A DNA stretch of 64,000 nucleotides from Candidatus Latescibacterota bacterium. GTDB taxonomy: Bacteria > Latescibacterota > UBA2968. Within the stretch, counting starts at the first letter, position 1. Each line of letters begins with the position of its first letter. This document shows, in pieces, positions 8,877 to 17,114 of the stretch. The stretch covers positions 2,400,001 through 2,464,000 of the forward strand of contig OZ242311.1 of the NCBI GenBank assembly GCA_965207885.1. Reading direction: 5' to 3'. The translations under genes and the position numbers were made by a program. The notes beneath the pieces are model-generated. The model had not been told where the DNA came from, did not search any database, and saw only the letters and a program-made list of their open reading frames with translations.

Positions 8877-9995
8877 TCAGATGATCTCCCTTTCCGGACC
8901 GAGCCGATTGTAAAACTGGGGGATATAGACCTTCCGGCCACCCTCGTTGATCGAGATTAGCGAACTGATTGCCGCAGCGCAGCTCTTTGCCGCTTCGTAA
9001 ACGTTGATAAATGGCAGCCTATCGTCTAAAATCGCATCTACGAAGTCGCGGCAGTTGTGGTACGTACCGCCGCCGTGACCGGTTCTTTTGGCAACTTCGG
9101 CATCCAGTTCGAGCCCTACCAACTCCAAGGGCTCAATCTCTCCGGGAAGCCCACCCTCCTCCTGTGCATGTGCAATACCGAGTACTCCATTACGCCGATC
9201 TCCCTCAACGGCCGCCCTGGTGCCGTATAGCGACTTGTAGAGGTTGCAGCCGGGCCAGGCCATCGCCTTGCAACAGGCAATCTTTACCGTCACCCCACCG
9301 GTCGTCCTGAAAATTGCTGTCTCCCAGTCGTTGACTGTCCGATATGGCGAGTAAATGCGGTTTCCCAATCCGACCACCTCGGTGAAGTCCTGCCCGATGA
9401 TCCAGCGGATGTCGTCGATCGCGTGAATGCCGCCGCCAGAAGAGATACTCTCCTGCGTCGTCGTACCGAACCCGTCCCGCCAGGTCTTTTTCCCATCTCT
9501 TACAAACAGGTACACCAGGCTGTGTGTATATTCAGACTCGGCGTAGCATACCTCGCCGATTGTGCCATCTTTCACCAGCCGCCTCAGGGTGATCGTGCGT
9601 GGATCCCACCGGCTATTCTGCTCCATGGCCAGCTTCAGGCCTGTTCGTTCTACCGCCTTGACGATCTCCATGCACTGGTGCAGCTTGTCGGCATTCTCCA
9701 CCATCGGAATGGTCGTCAGGATGTGCTTTCCCGCCTCCAGGGCCGCCAGACACTCATCTCCGTGGCGAAATCCCGGCGTGCCCGTGCATATGAAGTCCAC
9801 GTCCTGGTCGGCCAGCAGGTCCCCGTAGTCTGTATAGACTCTGGGCACCCCGTATTCCCTGGCGAACTGGTTCGCCTTTTCCTCGTCTATATCGCACACC
9901 GCAGCGACATCCACTTCGTCGATGTAGTCGTGGAATGTCCTCAGATGCGACTCCCCGAATCCAAGCCCCACGATCCCGGCCTTCAAGGTAGCCAT
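8877..9995 (-). CDS. Gfo/Idh/MocA family oxidoreductase
   Basis: KAGIVGLGFG and LEAGKHILTTIPM. Shares GHGG and INVYEAAxxCA with the 302-1498 paralog. Confidence 0.88.
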   Translation of the reverse strand: MATLKAGIVGLGFGESHLRTFHDYIDEVDVAAVCDIDEEKANQFAREYGVPRVYTDYGDLLADQDVDFICTGTPGFRHGDECLAALEAGKHILTTIPMVENADKLHQCMEIVKAVERTGLKLAMEQNSRWDPRTITLRRLVKDGTIGEVCYAESEYTHSLVYLFVRDGKKTWRDGFGTTTQESISSGGGIHAIDDIRWIIGQDFTEVVGLGNRIYSPYRTVNDWETAIFRTTGGVTVKIACCKAMAWPGCNLYKSLYGTRAAVEGDRRNGVLGIAHAQEEGGLPGEIEPLELVGLELDAEVAKRTGHGGGTYHNCRDFVDAILDDRLPFINVYEAAKSCAAAISSLISINEGGRKVYIPQFYNRLGPEREII

Positions 9996-10105
9996 CGATA
10001 CCCTCCGACAGATAACAATCCTAAGTCACGCAAATGGAAACATTGCAACAAATGACCCCCAAGCAATACGATTTCTTTCTAAAACGCACCAACTGTTCTA
10101 TTCAT

Positions 10106-10150
10106 TTAGTGAAACTTCACTAATTTTTATGATTAGTTAAGATTCACTAA
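10106..10150. promoter_or_regulatory. Tandem 18-bp palindromic operators
   Basis: TTAGTGAAacTTCACTAA (10106-10123) and TTAGTTAAgaTTCACTAA (10133-10150), starts 27 bp apart. Confidence 0.65.
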
Positions 10151-10157
10151 TTTTTGC

Positions 10158-10186
10158 TTGACATAAAAATCTATCTTTCTGATATT
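10158..10186 (+). promoter_or_regulatory. Sigma70-like promoter with no downstream + strand gene
   Basis: TTGACA-N17-GATATT. Confidence 0.5.
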
Positions 10187-10191
10187 GAAAG

Positions 10192-10277
10192 GCGCAATGA
10201 GAGAAATTATAATATTTTCTCACATTGCTCTGGCCATTAGCTCCTCCGCGCAAGGTTGGTAGCTAATGGCTTTTTTT
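10192..10277 (+). ncRNA. Candidate two-hairpin small RNA ending in an intrinsic terminator
   Basis: Hairpin GCAATGaGAGAAA/TTTCTCaCATTGC, then GGCCATTAGCT/AGCTAATGGCT plus a T-run; CCTCC at the start of loop 2; promoter directly upstream. Confidence 0.45.
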
Positions 10278-10341
10278 ATGCGCCTTGCGAATAATACGCT
10301 TCAACTCTTTTCTCTTATACCCGATTTCAGATCGACTGGAC

Positions 10342-11034
10342 TTACTGCGTGCGCTTTACCCATTGCCTCATGCCGGTGTCGAAGTGATCCCACACTGCCT
10401 GCCGCATCCCGTTTGGATCACGCGCCTTCAGAGCGAGGAAGATCCGCTCGTGGTTCTGGAAGTGTTCCAGGTCAATGCTCTCCCAATCCCACCACTCGCG
10501 GTGCGCCGTAACGAAAAATTCACTCAGTACTCGTCCAAGAGCCTGAGTCGCCTGGTTCCCCGTTGCTTCGTAGGTCGCAAAGTGAAACGCCCAGTCGTGC
10601 GTATAAAACTCGACAGGACGTTCTAACGCCTCCCGCATCGCTTCCAGGTGTTGCCCCATCACTTCCAGCTGATCTTCAGTTACGCGCTCTATTACCATCT
10701 CCACAATTCCAATATCCACCGCCCGCCGCAATTCGTACATCTCTATAATCGTCTTTTTATTTATGGATGGAACAAAGCTCAGATACTTAAACAAAGCCTG
10801 AGGATCGAACTCTTTGACACTGATCCCATGCTTGGGACGAGCTTCCAGAACGCCTATTGCCTCTAAGATCTTGACCGCTTCTCGAACGGAGGCACGACTC
10901 ACACCAAACGCTTCTGCCATCTCTCGCTCTGTGGCCAACCTGTCTCCGGGCATCAATCCATTCTGCAAAATATGGTTCTTGATTGCACCGATGATCCTCT
11001 TACTCAGATTTTCTTTTTCAATGCTATTAAACAA
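10342..11034 (-). CDS. FadR/GntR family transcriptional regulator
   Basis: PGDRLATEREMAEAFGVSRASVREAVKILE HTH and FCD domain (ELRRAVD, DWAFH..ATGN). Start reassigned to TTG 11034 after GGGAGA. Confidence 0.9.
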   Translation of the reverse strand: MFNSIEKENLSKRIIGAIKNHILQNGLMPGDRLATEREMAEAFGVSRASVREAVKILEAIGVLEARPKHGISVKEFDPQALFKYLSFVPSINKKTIIEMYELRRAVDIGIVEMVIERVTEDQLEVMGQHLEAMREALERPVEFYTHDWAFHFATYEATGNQATQALGRVLSEFFVTAHREWWDWESIDLEHFQNHERIFLALKARDPNGMRQAVWDHFDTGMRQWVKRTQ

Positions 11035-11103
11035 ATTCCATTCTCCCGGCCTTTCATTGTACAGATATTGGTTTACAAAACCAGCCATATCATTATATGG
11101 TAT

Positions 11104-11154
11104 AATGGTCAGACCATTGGTAAAAATAATACACTTATTCACATCATCTGTCAA
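11104..11154 (-). promoter_or_regulatory. Promoter and FadR-type operator of the GntR gene
   Basis: Minus strand TTGACA-N17-TATTAT, followed by the palindrome AATGGTCnGACCATT (11104-11118), which matches the FadR-subfamily TGGT-N3-ACCA box. Confidence 0.75.
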
Positions 11155-11260
11155 GGATTTTTTGATTCATATAGGCTTCGGGATGAAATGTTTGAGGAGA
11201 AGGTATAAACAGTTGACCTCTTGTGAATTGGTGAACCTTACTCTTTGGAAGGGTCTGGCA

Positions 11261-12937
11261 TCAGGTTGCCGGAATGACGGGAAATACGATGTGAGACGGA
11301 TACTGTCTCGAGTGATGTACGGTCTGACGAGCCGGGCGCATCTCTGTATCGGTGCCGAATTCGTGGCCGGTATTTGGGTTGCGGTCAAAGCGCGGAAAGT
11401 TGGACGACGAAATTTCGACACGGATGCAGTGGCCTTTCCGAAACACGTTGCCGGTGACACTGAGGTCGATTTCGTATTCGTAGATCTGGTTGGGTTCGAG
11501 CAGGGTTGGGTTGGTAAGGCTTTCGCGGTAGCGAGCACGCAAGATGCCGTCGCAGAGGTTTTTGGCGTAACCCGTGGGGGAGACATCTACCAGCTTGGCC
11601 GTCCAGTCGGTGTCCGGGCTGTCGGTGGCGGCGTAGAGCACGGCTTTGATTGGTCCGGTGACTTCCAGGTCGGCTTCCAGGGAAGCCGAGGTGTAACAGA
11701 GCACATCGCTGCGCATCTCGACCGGGCGCTGATCATAGGGCCCCCAGGGCACGATGTGGGGCGAGCAGCAGTTGTTGCCACCCAGGGTCTGGACGGGGTA
11801 CCGAGGGTCGTAGATGAAGTGGTCCGAAGTCTCTCCTTCTGGGAGGGTGGGAGACAGGCTCCCGTCGCCGAGCAGGGTGTTGGCAGTGCCGCGGGAATGG
11901 AGATACCATTTCTGCCACCGGGTGCGTGCCAGGGGCCATTCGTTTTCATTGCGCCATTCGTTGGTGCCCATGATGAAGATACGCAGAGGCGGTTCATCTA
12001 CGATGCCGTTGTCGATGCCTTTGAGCCAGTAGTCGAACCAGCGCAGTTCCAGAGCCTCTAAGTCCACCATTGAGTGGTCGCCGAAGTCGATGTCGCCTGT
12101 TCGGGGAGAGGCGCTCAAGACGTGGGGCCACGGCCCGACGATGAGCTTACTTTGCCGGGCTTCGGGGGTGCGGCCGTGCTGCCGCAGACCGTTGAAGTTG
12201 GTGAAGGTGTTTGCGGCGTAAAGGTCATACCAGCCACCCATGTTGAATGCGGGGACAGCGATGTCACCCCACCGTTTTTCGTCATTGATTTCGTCCCAGT
12301 AATCGTCGTAGGCGGCGTGTTGAATCCAGTCTTTCCAGAAGCCGAGGTTGCGCCCGGCCTGTTCGTCCATTTCTATGAGGGGGAGATAACGAAAGGCTTC
12401 AGTCCAGTTGTGGTATTCGATGCTCTGGGCAGTGCGAGCGGTGGTGCGCATGCCCCAGGTCATGAGGACGTTGAGCTGAAGGGCACCACCGGGATAGACC
12501 AGCCCGCTGAAGTAGTCACAGCAGATGACGCGAGGGGCAAGGCAGGTGAGATACTGGCTTCTGTGCGGTGCGCTTTGCCACTGGACCAGGCCCAGGTACG
12601 AAGCACCGGACATACCAATTTTGCCGTTGCTCCATTCCTGGCGACCGATCCATTCCTGGGTGTCGTAGCCGTCTTTGTCTTCCCGGAAAGGATAGTCATT
12701 GCCCTCCGAGTCCCAGCGACCGCGACAGTCCTGCATCACACAGGCGTAGCCGCAATTGGCCAGCCGCCGGGCTTTTTCGATCATGATATCGGTGTTATTG
12801 CTGTAGGGAGTACGCATCAAGACAGTGGGGAATTTTCCCGCGGCTCTGGGGAGGTAGATATCAGCGGATAGATTAACTCTGTCCCGCATCGGGACTTTTA
12901 CGTCCAGTTGCATATCTACGTCGTAATTGGGTTCCAT
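11261..12937 (-). CDS. CocE/NonD family hydrolase (peptidase S15-like)
   Basis: VPMRDRVNLSADIYLP, RTPY, GASYLG nucleophile elbow, GGWYD, GPWPH, SSNFPRFDRNPN. Confidence 0.92.
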   Translation of the reverse strand: MEPNYDVDMQLDVKVPMRDRVNLSADIYLPRAAGKFPTVLMRTPYSNNTDIMIEKARRLANCGYACVMQDCRGRWDSEGNDYPFREDKDGYDTQEWIGRQEWSNGKIGMSGASYLGLVQWQSAPHRSQYLTCLAPRVICCDYFSGLVYPGGALQLNVLMTWGMRTTARTAQSIEYHNWTEAFRYLPLIEMDEQAGRNLGFWKDWIQHAAYDDYWDEINDEKRWGDIAVPAFNMGGWYDLYAANTFTNFNGLRQHGRTPEARQSKLIVGPWPHVLSASPRTGDIDFGDHSMVDLEALELRWFDYWLKGIDNGIVDEPPLRIFIMGTNEWRNENEWPLARTRWQKWYLHSRGTANTLLGDGSLSPTLPEGETSDHFIYDPRYPVQTLGGNNCCSPHIVPWGPYDQRPVEMRSDVLCYTSASLEADLEVTGPIKAVLYAATDSPDTDWTAKLVDVSPTGYAKNLCDGILRARYRESLTNPTLLEPNQIYEYEIDLSVTGNVFRKGHCIRVEISSSNFPRFDRNPNTGHEFGTDTEMRPARQTVHHSRQYPSHIVFPVIPAT

Positions 12938-12968
12938 GGGGGCTCCTTCTGACATGTATCCTTTATTA

Positions 12969-15497
12969 CTAATGCTCGTTCGAGACACGCTTGTTTTTCG
13001 ACCGTCTTCCATAGTGGAAGCCGATCTCGCGTGTGGCCGTCTCACCACTCACCAGGTCCGTGATTGTCACTTCCAGGACGTTGATACCGGGTTTGGTCTT
13101 GCTCAAATCCAGCTCTACATACTCATTTTCACTCGATTCCGATCCGACCTGCTCGTAGGTCACTGAGACCTGAGGTTTCTTGCTCCTGAGGAGGGATCGG
13201 AACCCAGAGGCAACCATTCCGACAATCCCCACCGAACCTTCGGGGCTGAACCGAACCAGATATTGCACCTTGTAGCGGGTCTGACCAAAAGCGTCTTTAT
13301 TCAGGTTGTAGATCTCGAAATAGGCATAGACCTTCTGATCCGATTTGTAGGCACGGGAGGGCATCGGCACCACCCAGATATTGCCCTTCCGAAATCTGTT
13401 GTTCGATCCTTTATCGCCGATGGCGGAAGCGAGCTCAATGTCGCTCATCTGGAGCGTCATCGACCGGTAGTCCTCAATCTCCAGCGACTGTTTATAGACC
13501 CCGACGTGTCCTGCGATCAGGTCCTTGAGGTGAACCTGAAGTTCGTATTTTCCCGGTGGCACCTGGACCTGAAGCACATCGGGGACAAACGTCCCTTTTG
13601 CCCAGTCGGCTTCTCCGGTATTTCGATAGGAAAACGTATCTGTCGTTCGATAGATGTTGGTGTGGCCTTCGTCCGCCAGTGCCAGTGCAGCCTGCACATG
13701 GATCATCGAACCCGTGTCCTTTTCGACGAATTCTAATTGTTTGGGTGAAATGCCGTAATAGACTTCGAGCGTGGTCTGCCCATCGGGGCCTCGGAAGTCG
13801 GCCAGGTCGTAGTAGAAGTGGAGAGCAGAGCCTCGGAGGCTGGGACGGTAATAGTCCGGGGTTGCGACAACAGTCCTTTCAAAGACGAGTTTGGGCGCAT
13901 ATTCGAGCATTCGCGCCGTGTATTTCAACTGTCTTTGCCCGGCAGGTATCGGGGGAATCGGGGCAAAGTCGTAGGTGCGGTTGCCCAGTTCGTCGGTAAA
14001 GGTAAACTCGATGCCGTTCTGGATCTGTGTATAAGTCCAGGTCTCCCAGGGAACTGTATTGACCTCGTTGTCGATCGTGAGGGGCGTATAGCCCTGGAAA
14101 TTGAGCCGAGTCTTTATATCCAGGATATCATCGGAAAGGCTCCCGAGTTCATCTTCTTGTGGAGTGGGAATATTCTGCAACATAAGGCGATCCAGATCCG
14201 AATCCGTCGATCCCGAAAGCGCTTCAACATTCTCATCATCCAGGATGGGATCTCCAACGGCTGTCCCTTCAGCCATCTGACGAGGGTCAACGGTGATGTC
14301 ATCGGACAGAGCGTCACGGCGCGTCCGGACCGGGAAGACCGGTCCGGTAAAAGTCAAATAGTTGGCCTCGGGTCCATACATATCCACCGCCATCCGGGTG
14401 CGCACGGCCTCAACTTCGGCATTCACACTGAGTTGCCTCAGGTCGGACCGCGACCTGAAGTCGGGCTCCCCATAGCGGATATAGACCTCTCCCCGCCGGT
14501 CCCAGGGATGGGGTCCCGCAGCGAAGAAGGTGCGGGCATACCACACCCGGCGGTAGTGCTCGATGATACGCTCGTTGATAGGGGTCAGGATATCGGAATC
14601 CCGACGCATCCAGAACTGCTCCAGATAGGCCTGGCGCTTCGCTGCTTCAGCGATAGCCCGATAATCGTCGAGTTCTTTCCTGGAGGCCACGAGTGAGATA
14701 TCCGTATAGATCTGGCGTTCCCCTTCGTTCAGGTTCTGTAGATAGCGTTCGAAGTACTCCAGGGCTGATTCGAAGCGCTCATGGAAGAAATAGCCCTGGG
14801 CCACCAGGGGCAGGAGCCGGAACTCCTGGGGATTGGCCTCAAGGTAAGGGATGAGGTAGGTGTTAATCTTGTCATATTGCCTGGCCCGCACGCAGGAAAG
14901 CCCGAATGCGTAGAGGCCATCCGGGTCATTGGACTCCAGTTTAACGTATTTTAAATAGTATCCAATCGCCTTTTGGTGATCCCCCCGAAAGTGTTCGTAG
15001 GCCTCTCCGAGAAGCAAGTAGGCCGGGGCGTAAGCCGAATCGATCTTGGCCGCCCGCTTGCCCTCGCCCACAGCACGTCGGAAATTGTAGAAGGCCGCCA
15101 GTCCTTTGCCAGGCATCTTGACGTGGGTCAGCCCCAAACCCACGCGGGCATTGGGGAGGTTGGGATCGAGTTCCCTGGCCGCTGCGAAGGCATCTTTGGC
15201 TACCTCGAAGTCTTCCTTCTTGAGGGCAGCGTAGCCGAGCCGGATCTGAAGGGCGGCGTCTTTCGGGTATGCCTCGGCCAGGCGGGCAAATGTATCAACG
15301 GCCTTGCCCAACTCGTTCGCTCGCATCTGTTGCTCTCCCAGGGCGATCATAGAGTCCCGCTCGGCTTTGGAGAGGACTTGTGGTGCCGCCTCGGACGGTA
15401 GATCCTGGGCAGAGATGGCAAGTGTGAGGATCCAGATTGACGTCCAGGGGACCCAAAAAGAGAAAGTAAAACGCCGAAATCCGACAGAAACTCCCAT
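12969..15497 (-). CDS. TPR-repeat GWxTD-domain protein
   Basis: N-terminal hydrophobic segment, TPR-like helices, FWMRRD..NERIIEHYRRVWYA..PWDRRGEVYIRYGEPD and WETWTY. Confidence 0.82.
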   Translation of the reverse strand: MGVSVGFRRFTFSFWVPWTSIWILTLAISAQDLPSEAAPQVLSKAERDSMIALGEQQMRANELGKAVDTFARLAEAYPKDAALQIRLGYAALKKEDFEVAKDAFAAARELDPNLPNARVGLGLTHVKMPGKGLAAFYNFRRAVGEGKRAAKIDSAYAPAYLLLGEAYEHFRGDHQKAIGYYLKYVKLESNDPDGLYAFGLSCVRARQYDKINTYLIPYLEANPQEFRLLPLVAQGYFFHERFESALEYFERYLQNLNEGERQIYTDISLVASRKELDDYRAIAEAAKRQAYLEQFWMRRDSDILTPINERIIEHYRRVWYARTFFAAGPHPWDRRGEVYIRYGEPDFRSRSDLRQLSVNAEVEAVRTRMAVDMYGPEANYLTFTGPVFPVRTRRDALSDDITVDPRQMAEGTAVGDPILDDENVEALSGSTDSDLDRLMLQNIPTPQEDELGSLSDDILDIKTRLNFQGYTPLTIDNEVNTVPWETWTYTQIQNGIEFTFTDELGNRTYDFAPIPPIPAGQRQLKYTARMLEYAPKLVFERTVVATPDYYRPSLRGSALHFYYDLADFRGPDGQTTLEVYYGISPKQLEFVEKDTGSMIHVQAALALADEGHTNIYRTTDTFSYRNTGEADWAKGTFVPDVLQVQVPPGKYELQVHLKDLIAGHVGVYKQSLEIEDYRSMTLQMSDIELASAIGDKGSNNRFRKGNIWVVPMPSRAYKSDQKVYAYFEIYNLNKDAFGQTRYKVQYLVRFSPEGSVGIVGMVASGFRSLLRSKKPQVSVTYEQVGSESSENEYVELDLSKTKPGINVLEVTITDLVSGETATREIGFHYGRRSKNKRVSNEH

Positions 15498-15816
15498 TGT
15501 ACACCTCCACTCTCTACACCGGTGGGATCTTGACTGTGAAGATGGATCCTTTTCCAACTGCCATCATATTTCCAGGGCTTCAGAATAATATAAGGTTTGC
15601 TAACAGGGGAAGTCAAGCGGCAGGTACAATCCGGTCTCGTTATATTGCTGTGTCCTCGTGAAGTCCTGGATGAAAAAACTCCTTTTGAAATTTTTTAAAA
15701 AAAGCTAACTTAAACCAAAGACTGTCAGGCCGGGTTTCCCAGGTACACTCTTGACGCGAAATCTATTCAGTTGGAGACGAGGCCCACCATATAAGTAATC
15801 GTTTAACTGGACATTA

Positions 15817-17013
15817 GTGAATATGCAGAAGCTCACTGTTTCACGAGATGACGAAGTCTATGAGGCTTTTGCCGACATTGCCCGGACGCTGGATGGCATC
15901 CTCGTCTGCACTTACCGCGAGAGCCTGGCTCATGGCCCCTGGCCCTTCTCGCGGATCGTAGTGCGCCACAGCGAGGACGGTGGCTACACCTGGCAGCCCA
16001 GGCAAGTAGTCATTGAGAAGGATGGCGAGAAGGGGGAAGGGCGACTGAACTGTTCCCGCATCACAGTCTGCCGGGATGGAACCCTGTTGCTGATCGTAGA
16101 TTTCTATGCGCCCGGTCGGGACCGGTTGGTGAATCCGGTCGAGAACCTGCTGTTCTGGAGCAGTGATTCGGGCCGGACCTGGGAAGGGCCTGTAGAGACG
16201 GGCATCACCGATGGGATCGTGCCTTCCATCAAGGAGCTCTCCAACGGCGATCTGCTCGTCGGTGTGACCCGTCAGCGTTCTACGGACGGGAGGCTCTCCG
16301 GCCTGAAGGAGGAGCAGACAATCTATCGTTCCGGCGACGGTGGTCGAACCTGGGAGGGACCCTCAGTAGTTCCAGCCCCGCCTTACCTGCGGCTAAACGA
16401 AGGCGATTTTGCCGAACTGGACGATGGCACGGTGGTCTGCTATATGCGTGAAGATGGGGAGCGGTTCACGGGTTGGAAGAGTACTTCGGACGACGGTGGT
16501 CGCACATGGTCTGAAGCCTTTCGCAGCCAGATGCACTCCTGCCTGGGCCGTCCATCGGTCGGCCGGGTTCGGTCTGGCGAGATCGTAGTCACCTACCGCT
16601 TCTGCTCTGCTGTATCCACCAGCCTGGCCCTGTATGTAGAGACTACCGCCGAGGCGGTTCGCCGAGACGATCCGAACCCGAATGATTACGCGACCGACTA
16701 TCGCCAGGCCAGGTTCGCCTTTCTGGACAATGACCGCAGCCTTCATCCCGATAGCGGCTATTCCGGGTGGGTGCAACTCCCCAGCGGCGATCTGTACGTG
16801 GTCAATTACATTACCGATGACGCCCCCCGAGCTTTTATTCGGGGCTACATTGTCTCTCGTCATGATTGGTTTTTGTTTCCGGAAGGCGCTGTGCCGTGGC
16901 TGCACCCATCATCCGCCCAGCCCTATGTGGAGCTGTCCGCCGAGTGGACCCGGAAGCAGCATGAGCGCAACCGGACGCAGGACTGGTCGCGCTATGTGCC
17001 CACACAGAAGTAA
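15817..17013 (+). CDS. Sialidase-like BNR/Asp-box beta-propeller protein
   Basis: Four Asp boxes (SEDGGYTW, SSDSGRTW, SGDGGRTW, SDDGGRTW) and DSGYS. Confidence 0.8.
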   Translation: MNMQKLTVSRDDEVYEAFADIARTLDGILVCTYRESLAHGPWPFSRIVVRHSEDGGYTWQPRQVVIEKDGEKGEGRLNCSRITVCRDGTLLLIVDFYAPGRDRLVNPVENLLFWSSDSGRTWEGPVETGITDGIVPSIKELSNGDLLVGVTRQRSTDGRLSGLKEEQTIYRSGDGGRTWEGPSVVPAPPYLRLNEGDFAELDDGTVVCYMREDGERFTGWKSTSDDGGRTWSEAFRSQMHSCLGRPSVGRVRSGEIVVTYRFCSAVSTSLALYVETTAEAVRRDDPNPNDYATDYRQARFAFLDNDRSLHPDSGYSGWVQLPSGDLYVVNYITDDAPRAFIRGYIVSRHDWFLFPEGAVPWLHPSSAQPYVELSAEWTRKQHERNRTQDWSRYVPTQK

Positions 17014-17114
17014 GGAATATTGGCACTCGATTTGCCATTATCTATGTTTTGCAATGCAGGTCCCCATCAGTTGCGCTATCTGGCGGGGATTTTCTATACA
17101 TGTGGTGGAGAATA

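Noticed and set aside
10814-12061. 415-aa + strand ORF
   Set aside because: Antisense to the well-supported GntR and CocE genes; typical shadow frame.
15838-15853. TGTTTCACG, a parS-like half site
   Set aside because: The second half does not match TGAAACA and it lies inside a CDS; I saw no full parS near parAB.
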